DNA of 32,000 nucleotides from Alkanindiges sp. WGS2144 (GTDB lineage Bacteria > Pseudomonadota > Gammaproteobacteria > Pseudomonadales > Moraxellaceae). The position numbers and the translations under genes were made by a program. Positions within the stretch are counted from its first letter, which is position 1. The number at the start of each line of letters is the position of its first letter. The stretch lies in NCBI RefSeq assembly GCF_043950625.1, contig NZ_CP171007.1, one strand, 5' to 3'. The notes under the pieces were generated by a model. That model did no database searches, was not told the origin of the DNA, and was given only the letters and a program-made list of their open reading frames with translations. This document shows positions 25,709-32,000 of the stretch, piece after piece.

Positions 25709-26413
25709 TTAGATTTTTTGCGATCTAATCTGCGCATCCAGTTGTGCTAATCGCTCAGGTGTTCCTACATCCACCCAGGCAGCGTCCAGCTTTGCGCCAC
25801 TTACCTGACCTTTTTGCATCGCCTCACGTAGTAACGGAGCCAAGGGTCGCTTACCAGCAGGCAAATTGGCAAATAACCGTGGTGATAGTACACTCAACCC
25901 GGAAAAAGTCAGTTTTTCCACTGCTTGTTGCTGCTCTGGCGGCACATCTACATGATCCACATATATCCGGCCATCAGCCAGCACAAAATCACCTTTCGGA
26001 TGTTGCGGCGGGTTATCTACCAGTATCAGATGCGCCAGGTCATCATTTAATGAATAACTGCTTAAACAGGAATAATCAAAGCGCGTCCACACATCCCCAT
26101 TAACCAGCACAAAAGGCGCTGTGCCCAATACTGCCAGAGCCTGAACAATGCCTCCTGCGGTCTCTAGCGCCTCAGCTTCTACTGACCAATGAATATTTAC
26201 CCCATACTGGCTGCCATTACCCAGCGCGTTCATCAATTTGTCGGCCAGCCACGCGCAGTTAATGACAATCTCAGTAATACCCGCTTTTTTGAGCGCTTCT
26301 ATATGCCATACAATAAGCGGCTTGCCCCCTACACACAATAATGGCTTTGGGGTATCCAGCGTTAATGGCCGCATGCGGGTACCAAGCCCGGCAGCCAGAA
26401 TCATGGCTTTCAT
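25709..26413 (-). CDS. murU: nucleotidyltransferase, MurNAc-alpha-1-phosphate uridylyltransferase-like
   Basis: 234 aa with MKAMILAAGLGTRMRPLTLDTPKPLL (the sugar-nucleotidyltransferase N-terminus). It overlaps the upstream kinase gene by 4 nt and is divergent from lptD-surA, as for the Pseudomonas amgK-murU pair. Confidence 0.7.
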   Translation of the reverse strand: MKAMILAAGLGTRMRPLTLDTPKPLLCVGGKPLIVWHIEALKKAGITEIVINCAWLADKLMNALGNGSQYGVNIHWSVEAEALETAGGIVQALAVLGTAPFVLVNGDVWTRFDYSCLSSYSLNDDLAHLILVDNPPQHPKGDFVLADGRIYVDHVDVPPEQQQAVEKLTFSGLSVLSPRLFANLPAGKRPLAPLLREAMQKGQVSGAKLDAAWVDVGTPERLAQLDAQIRSQKI

Positions 26414-27450
26414 GCCAAAAAATCCTCCAGCATCAGGCGGCTTTCCGGTTGTTTGTGCAAAAAGACAGACAATATGCGCTGCTGCAAAAAGGTATTAAAT
26501 GCCTGCAAGTCTGGATGTGCCTTAATTTCCTGCAACAAATAGTAAAATACCAGCGGTAAATCCTTCATATAACCAGTTTTACCATCACGCAAATTAAGAC
26601 GAATAAAAATACCCAGCACCTTTAAATGCCGCTGCGCCGCCATAAAGTCAAATTCACGTGTAAAGTCAGCCAGCGTCTTGCCTGCTCTTTGTGCTTCCGG
26701 CAGTTTTTGCCAGAAATATTGCATCCACTCGGTCACCCGACTGGCTGGCCACTGCACATAGGCATCACGCAAAATAGAAATCAGGTCATAGGTATAAGCG
26801 CCAATTACCGCATCCTGAAAGTCAATCACCCCAAGCGTTTTCTGACCTTCCAGTACCATCAGGTTACGGCTGTGATAATCACGGTGTACGACGACCTGCG
26901 GCTGTGCCAAAGCCGTATTGGCCAGCAAGGTATAAGTTTCCTGAATCAGCTGTTGCTCAGCAGGCGTTAGTTCAATATTCAGATATTGCTCAACAAACCA
27001 CTGGTCAAATAGCGACATTTCCTGCATGAGTTTGGCAAAATCATAAGCTGGCAGCTGTTGCTCAGGATCACTAACCGGTAATTGCTGTAAATGCAGTAGC
27101 TGATTCATGGCCTGCTGGTAGTAACTGTCCACGGTATTATCATTAAGCACCCGGGATAACAGCGTATCACCAAAATCTTCCAGTAAAATAAAACCCTGGT
27201 TTAAATCTTTGGCCACAATATGCGGTACGCGCACGCCATGCTGATCCAGCCATTGGTCAATAGCCACAAAAGGCTGGCTATCTTCCTTATCCGGCGGCGC
27301 ATCCATTAACATATAAGTTTTTTGCCTGCTTTTAATCCGGGCATAACGACGAAAACTGGCATCCCCTGCTAAAGGATGAAAGCTAAGTTCAGTGTCATTT
27401 AATTGTTGTTGTACCCAGTGAATTAATACTTGTTCGCGTGGCAGACCCAT
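26410..27450 (-). CDS. amgK: aminoglycoside-phosphotransferase-fold kinase, anomeric MurNAc/GlcNAc kinase-like
   Basis: APH-fold motifs are present: GDASFRRYARI, VVVHRDYHSRNLMV and GVIDFQDA. The track ORF starts at GTG 27543, but homolog-length considerations favour ATG 27450 (MGLPREQVLIHW), giving 346 aa. Confidence 0.7.
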   Translation of the reverse strand: MGLPREQVLIHWVQQQLNDTELSFHPLAGDASFRRYARIKSRQKTYMLMDAPPDKEDSQPFVAIDQWLDQHGVRVPHIVAKDLNQGFILLEDFGDTLLSRVLNDNTVDSYYQQAMNQLLHLQQLPVSDPEQQLPAYDFAKLMQEMSLFDQWFVEQYLNIELTPAEQQLIQETYTLLANTALAQPQVVVHRDYHSRNLMVLEGQKTLGVIDFQDAVIGAYTYDLISILRDAYVQWPASRVTEWMQYFWQKLPEAQRAGKTLADFTREFDFMAAQRHLKVLGIFIRLNLRDGKTGYMKDLPLVFYYLLQEIKAHPDLQAFNTFLQQRILSVFLHKQPESRLMLEDFLA

Positions 27451-27557
27451 AAAACAATCCAATTGCAGCTTATTAATAAGGTAAGCTCGCGAGTTTAGCG
27501 ATTTAGGCTTTTTTTCTCTAGTGCCAAACTTAAAACCAGTCACTATATTCTTAAAAT

Positions 27558-27594
27558 AAATATTCCAATCCAGGTTATCCGGATCGGAATATTT
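27558..27594 (-). terminator. 14-bp AT-rich hairpin upstream of amgK (terminator/attenuator-like, minus-strand specific)
   Basis: AAATATTCCAATCC (27558-27571) pairs with GGATCGGAATATTT (27581-27594). The single non-Watson-Crick position is G.U in the minus-strand RNA and A.C in the plus-strand RNA. On the minus strand the stem is followed by AUUUUAAG. Confidence 0.4.
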
Positions 27595-27692
27595 AAGCTG
27601 ATATAACTATCCCTGCAATATTTTTGTGATTGATCAGCAGAACACTCAGTGGCTTCTTAAATATACCTGGCTATAGGTCTGATCACCTGGCT

Positions 27693-27851
27693 TTAAGCCT
27701 GTAACTTTTTGCGATTAATGGTGATTTTATCGCTACTTTGACAAATTCGGTGATTCAGATTCGTTTGGGAAGAATAATCACTCGCTACTATTTTAGTTCT
27801 ACGATAATTAGGGTTAATCGTATGATCCGGATGGACTGCATGGCGTTGCAT
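27693..27851 (-). CDS. candidate small ORF (52 aa), hypothetical
   Basis: Found by hand and below the track's size cut-off. AAGGAAAG lies 5 nt upstream of the ATG (27851-27849). Translation: MQRHAVHPDHTINPNYRRTKIVASDYSSQTNLNHRICQSSDKITINRKKLQA*. The peptide is hydrophilic and basic, uses several rare codons (AGA, ATA, CGA), and has no recognisable family. Confidence 0.25.
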   Translation of the reverse strand: MQRHAVHPDHTINPNYRRTKIVASDYSSQTNLNHRICQSSDKITINRKKLQA

Positions 27852-27972
27852 GTTTACTTTCCTTGAAAACTACTGATACCAAGAAATTAGCAGAGCCACA
27901 TGTTACAAACAAAGCAGCTTTTGTATTGTCTATTTTACAATCAATACAGTGTGTTATTTGTGATGCAAAAAT

Positions 27973-28092
27973 CCGTGCGATTATTCAGCCTGCATATGCC
28001 TCCGCCTAGAAAACCGTCCCGATTATTCAATGTGGATTTCTACCTAACCACTTTTAATAAGCAAAAAATCCTCTAAGAACCGTGATTAAGCA
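27973..28092. repeat. three copies of a CCGT-N(1-3)-(CG)ATTAWKCA motif upstream of lptD
   Basis: The copies are CCGTGCGATTATTCA (27973-27987), CCGTCCCGATTATTCA (28014-28029) and CCGTGATTAAGCA (28080-28092). The exact 10-mer CGATTATTCA recurs at 27978 and 28020, 42 nt apart. Confidence 0.4.
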
Positions 28093-28233
28093 TTTGATTT
28101 GCAAATTGGCATTACCTCTTCTTTTATATGAAAGCAAGCACAGCAAAAGGCATAAACATAATTAAAACCAATATTTTGTTGGAATTGAGCAGGGTTATTC
28201 TCTATCATTCAGCCATAATTCATAATTTGCTTT

Positions 28234-30744
28234 ATGCTCAACATTATGCCCAATTGTGCTTCCTCCTTTCCATTTCAACTGCACCCTTTGGCCGCTGCCC
28301 TGCTGGTATGCTCCCTAACACCCGTTTTTAGCCAGTTTACTCATGCGGAAGCGCCTCAGCATACCGAAAAACAAGACATAGACAAGCACAGCATAAAATC
28401 TTCCAGTGGAGAAAAGCCTGATCAGGCCAGTGACGCCACCATATCCTCTAATGCCGCACAGGAATTTTTTAATCAATACTATTTAAGCCGGGAAGACATA
28501 CAAAAACTGCCTGTTGACCAGCAGCGCCATGTTCCAGTGAGCTGTCGCGGTACCTGGATTACCCCTATTGATGTAAAGGTAAAGGCTGTTGAGCCTGAGC
28601 AGGCAACTTCGGTGATTACCGCCGATTATAGTTATTACGACCCACAAACCGGTTCGGAACTTAGCGGCAATGTTAAAATTGACCAGCCAGGCCGCTCCAT
28701 TCAGGCTGATAAAGTCACTCTGGATCAATCACAGACTATCGCCACCGCACAGGGACACGTTCAACTCATGGATGCAGGTCTGCTGAGTCAAAGTGATCGT
28801 GCGGTTTACAACTTAAACCATGAAACCGGGCAGGTAGCCAATAGTGTATTTATCAGTGAAGCACAGCGAGCACATGGCAAGGCCGCACTGATTAACCGTG
28901 AAGGAAATGGCATTACCCGTTTTGAAAATGCCAGTTACTCAACCTGTGAACCAGACAATAAACTGGTCTGGCAATTGCGGGCAAAAGAAATTGAGCTAAA
29001 TGAAAATAACGGGCGTGGTATTACTCGCGGTACCACCCTGTATATCAAGGATGTTCCGGTACTCAGCGTCCCTTATTTTAATTTTCCTATAGACGACCGT
29101 CGTACCTCTGGATTTTTAGTCCCAACAACCGGCTACACCAACGATGGCGGACTTCAGTTGGCCGTGCCCTACTATTTTAACCTGGCACCCAATTATGATT
29201 TAACACTAGCACCACGCCTGCTCAGCCGACGCGGTCTCATGGCTGAAGGTGAGTTTCGTTATTTAACTGAAAATTATGGGGCAGGCCAGCTTTCTGGTGG
29301 TTATCTGCCCTCTGATGACTTGTTTAATGAAGACCGTAAAGCAGGCAGTTACCAGCATGCCTGGCAGATTGATCCTTCATGGCGCACAACCATTGATTTA
29401 AATTATGTATCTGATAAGGATTATTTTACTGACCTTGGCACTGACCCGTCATCGCAAAACATTCTCAATCAGGAGCGAACCTGGACTGTTTATTATGACA
29501 ATGATATTCCGGGACTAAGCGGCCTGTTCCGGGTGCAATCATTCCAGACTGTGGATAAAGAAACAGCCGATGTAGACAAACCCTACGCCAGACTGCCACA
29601 ACTGCTGCTTAACTATCGTGGCGGCTCAGCGCTAGGTCTGCAATACGACGCACAAAATGATACTGCCTACTTTAAAAAATCCATTAGTGATGGCTCAGCG
29701 CTGGAAGCCAGTGGAACACGGATTTATAACCGCCTGGCCAGTAGCTATAACTGGCGTAATCAATGGGGTTATGCCCGGCCGGAGCTTTCCTTGCGTAGTG
29801 TGAATACCTTCTATGATCAGGATAGCCAGTCCAGCCAGAGCCTAGGTAATGATGATAGGCAGCGCTCAGCAGTAGTTCCACAGTTTAGCTTTGACTCAAG
29901 CGCTGTATTTGAGCGTGAAGGGCATTTCTTGCAAAGTATTACGCCCCGTTTCTTCTATGCCTATGCGCCCTACCGAGATCAGAGCAATTATCCCAACTTT
30001 GACACCACCACAGCATCGTTAAACTTTGACCAGTTATTTAGCCCGTATCGCTTTTATGGCCATGACCGGCTGGAAGATAATAACTTCGCTTCTCTTGGCC
30101 TGACTTATCGGATGTTTGACACAATTGGTCTGGAGCGTCTACGTCTGGGTATTGGTGAAAGTTACTATTTTAGTGATCGCAAGGTTCGCCTCAATGACGC
30201 CGATCCGATTGCCACCGCCAAAAGCTCAGGCCCTGCCATTGGGTTTGGTAGTCAACTAAGTCGTAATTTTTCAATTAACGGCAACTCCCTGTGGCTGGCA
30301 AATGGCAATAACTCACAAAATGATGTACAACTCAATTACACGGATAGTAATGGTAGTGTTTACAATGCAGGCTACTATTATCGTCATCGGGTTGATGCTC
30401 TGAACCAGCAGGCTTATCAACAAATTACTGCTGGTTTTGTTCAACCTATTCACCAGCAATGGCGTGTAATGGGTTATATGCAATATGATCTGGACAATGA
30501 GTTGTCCCGTGAGTGGCTGCTCGGGGTTAATTATGAAGCGTGTTGCTGGCGAGCCTCACTATATGGCCGCTCATATTTTAATGATCTGGATGATCCAACA
30601 GCCGCTGGGATTAAGCCCAAACGCGCTATTATGATGGAAATTACCTTGAAAGGTCTGGCTGGTTTTTCAGGCAATTTAAGCAGTTTACTACAACAGAAAA
30701 TTTTAGGTTATCAACAGGTGGAAACATTGTGGAACGAACGCTAA
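28234..30744 (+). CDS. lptD: LPS-assembly outer-membrane protein LptD
   Basis: 836 aa. It has a signal peptide (...LAAALLVCSLTPVFSQFTHA|EAP), an OstA N-terminal domain (ADYSYYDPQTGSELSGNVKIDQPGRSIQADKV) and a large C-terminal barrel, and it is followed by surA. ATG 28246 is an alternative start. Confidence 0.93.
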   Translation: MLNIMPNCASSFPFQLHPLAAALLVCSLTPVFSQFTHAEAPQHTEKQDIDKHSIKSSSGEKPDQASDATISSNAAQEFFNQYYLSREDIQKLPVDQQRHVPVSCRGTWITPIDVKVKAVEPEQATSVITADYSYYDPQTGSELSGNVKIDQPGRSIQADKVTLDQSQTIATAQGHVQLMDAGLLSQSDRAVYNLNHETGQVANSVFISEAQRAHGKAALINREGNGITRFENASYSTCEPDNKLVWQLRAKEIELNENNGRGITRGTTLYIKDVPVLSVPYFNFPIDDRRTSGFLVPTTGYTNDGGLQLAVPYYFNLAPNYDLTLAPRLLSRRGLMAEGEFRYLTENYGAGQLSGGYLPSDDLFNEDRKAGSYQHAWQIDPSWRTTIDLNYVSDKDYFTDLGTDPSSQNILNQERTWTVYYDNDIPGLSGLFRVQSFQTVDKETADVDKPYARLPQLLLNYRGGSALGLQYDAQNDTAYFKKSISDGSALEASGTRIYNRLASSYNWRNQWGYARPELSLRSVNTFYDQDSQSSQSLGNDDRQRSAVVPQFSFDSSAVFEREGHFLQSITPRFFYAYAPYRDQSNYPNFDTTTASLNFDQLFSPYRFYGHDRLEDNNFASLGLTYRMFDTIGLERLRLGIGESYYFSDRKVRLNDADPIATAKSSGPAIGFGSQLSRNFSINGNSLWLANGNNSQNDVQLNYTDSNGSVYNAGYYYRHRVDALNQQAYQQITAGFVQPIHQQWRVMGYMQYDLDNELSREWLLGVNYEACCWRASLYGRSYFNDLDDPTAAGIKPKRAIMMEITLKGLAGFSGNLSSLLQQKILGYQQVETLWNER

Positions 30745-30770
30745 CTTCTTTCATCTCAGTACGTCAGATC

Positions 30771-32000
30771 ATGAAAACGACGCTACTTGCTTCCTTACTG
30801 GCGTCTGCGTTCATGGTCAATGCTGCAACGCCCATCAATAAAGTAGTTGCCGTGGTTGATAACGATGTCATCCTGGAAAGTGACCTTGATCATGCAATGG
30901 ATGCTGCCAGACAGCAGATTACAGCACGTGGACAGGCAGTACCACCGGAGCATATCCTGCGCCCGGAAGTACTGCGCCAGCTCATTTTAAAACAGGTACA
31001 ACTTGAACGGCTAAAACGTGCCAGTGTCGCGCTGGATGAAGCCACTCTTAACGCCGCAGTCAGCGAGATTGCCAAGCAAGAAGGCGCAAACAGTCTGGCA
31101 GAATTTCAGCAAAAACTCGATGCCCGCAAACCCGGCAGTTATGCCGCATTACGTCAGCAGATCAGCCAGGATTTAAGCCTGAATCGCTTGCGCCAGCAGC
31201 AGGTCAATGCCCGGATCAAAGTCAGCGATCAGGATATTGATAACTTTCTAAAGTCTCCTCAAGGTACCAGCGCCTTAAGCAATGAAGTACATGTTGCCCA
31301 TCTGCGTATTTCCCTGCCAGAAGACTCTAACGCCTCTCAGATACAGGCTGCTGAAAAACTTGCCAATCAGATACGTACCGCATTGCAACGTTCCAGCGAT
31401 ATTGATCATGTGGTCAAGGACAATCAGAACAGCACCTATAAAGTAGACGGCGTGGATATGGGCTGGCGCAAGCTACAGGACATGCCCGATGAGCTGGCTG
31501 CCAAAGTAAGCGGCCTTGGCAACAATGAAGTCACCAGTCCTATCCGGGCGGCTGATGGTTTTCATGTACTAAAACTACTGGAACGTCGTGGTGGCGCTGA
31601 ACGCACTATTGTTAAGCAATATAAAGTGCGCCATATCCTGATTCGCCCTAGTGAAATTGTAAGTGCTAGTGATGCTGAACAGCAAATTAATCAACTGTAC
31701 AAACGGGTAGTTGGCGGGGAGAATTTTGCTGATCTGGCCAGTACGTTTTCCAATGATCCAGGCTCAGCAGCCAATGGCGGAGATCTGGACTGGGTAAGCC
31801 CAGGTATGATGGTTCCACAATTTGATGACATGATGGTTAAAACGCCAGTGGGACAAATCAGTAAGTCTTTTCAAACCCAGTATGGCTGGCATATTCTCAA
31901 AGTTGAAGACACCCGGCAGCAGGATGTTACCGAACAATATCGACGTAATATGGCACGCCAGATTCTGGCAGAACGCCAGTTTGAACAGGAACTGGATAAC
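30771..32000 (+). CDS. surA: periplasmic chaperone / peptidyl-prolyl isomerase SurA; the 3' end runs off the window
   Basis: Manual translation: MKTTLLASLLASAFMVNA|ATPINKVVAVVDNDVILESDLD... There are two parvulin regions (VHVAHLRISLPED..., YKVRHILIRPSE...GGDLDWVSPGMMVPQFD...GWHILKVEDTR). The frame stays open for 410 codons to the window end. Confidence 0.92.
   Translation, partial: MKTTLLASLLASAFMVNAATPINKVVAVVDNDVILESDLDHAMDAARQQITARGQAVPPEHILRPEVLRQLILKQVQLERLKRASVALDEATLNAAVSEIAKQEGANSLAEFQQKLDARKPGSYAALRQQISQDLSLNRLRQQQVNARIKVSDQDIDNFLKSPQGTSALSNEVHVAHLRISLPEDSNASQIQAAEKLANQIRTALQRSSDIDHVVKDNQNSTYKVDGVDMGWRKLQDMPDELAAKVSGLGNNEVTSPIRAADGFHVLKLLERRGGAERTIVKQYKVRHILIRPSEIVSASDAEQQINQLYKRVVGGENFADLASTFSNDPGSAANGGDLDWVSPGMMVPQFDDMMVKTPVGQISKSFQTQYGWHILKVEDTRQQDVTEQYRRNMARQILAERQFEQELDN

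Noticed and set aside
27900-28076. A 58-codon plus-strand ORF (MLQTKQLLYCLFYNQYSVLF...) spanning the CGATTATTCA repeats, which would encode SVRLFS and PSRLFN.
   Set aside because: It has no convincing SD, poor codon choice (TTA, CGA, CTA) and an implausible composition. The repeat spacing being a multiple of 3 is probably coincidental. I treat the repeats as DNA or RNA motifs.
27616-28193. About 25-nt imperfect direct repeats (CAATATTTTTGTGATTGATCAGCAG at 27616-27640 and CAATATTTTGTTGGAATTGAGCAGG at 28169-28193) that could flank an insertion in the amgK-lptD gap.
   Set aside because: The match needs indels, the sequence is low-complexity and AT-rich, and there are no terminal inverted repeats or transposase remnants between the copies. 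This is probably chance.
28128-28331. A 67-aa track ORF overlapping the lptD start.
   Set aside because: It is out of frame with lptD, AT-rich, lacks an RBS and overlaps the well-supported LptD signal-peptide region.
1-32000. Defence systems, toxin-antitoxin pairs, prophage or IS elements, integrons, CRISPR arrays, tRNA or rRNA genes.
   Set aside because: I found none on either strand. Every ORF of at least 100 aa that is not a shadow ORF is accounted for by a housekeeping or envelope function, or by the uptake locus described above.

Overview
This window is mostly a core-chromosome segment of a Gram-negative gammaproteobacterium. The synteny is Pseudomonadales/Moraxellales-like: holB-pilZ-tatD, amgK-murU divergent from lptD-surA, cmk-rpsA-ihfB-lapA-pyrF, and an isolated gspHIJK block. 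I call about 33 protein genes, 29 of them on the minus strand and tightly packed, with many 4-nt ATGA/TTGA overlaps. I found no rRNA, tRNA, CRISPR array, transposase, integrase or phage gene. I also see no convincing defence or toxin system, and I do not want to overstate novelty. The only accessory-looking block is 4.4-9.1 kb. It holds a Trp-rich secreted protein of unknown family, divergently transcribed from a small TonB-dependent receptor and a tandem-domain HmuY-like lipoprotein. The two transcription units share an AT-rich control region with two Fur-box-like direct repeats, and the receptor's internal start codon sits inside a perfect 11-bp hairpin. That locus is my best candidate for an undescribed uptake system. 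Other points worth a second look: (1) an ExbB/ExbD pair without TonB, translationally coupled through a TTGA overlap to msbA-lpxK-kdsB; (2) a roughly 780-nt non-coding gap between amgK and lptD, with an SD-preceded 52-codon ORF, a strand-specific G.U hairpin and a repeated CGATTATTCA motif; (3) a textbook terminator whose loop contains the lapA stop codon, 13 nt upstream of a TTG-initiated pyrF, with no lapB between them; (4) an orphan minor-pseudopilin operon placed directly behind a TetR gene. All functional calls come from reading the translated ORFs and recognising motifs by eye. No database search was run.
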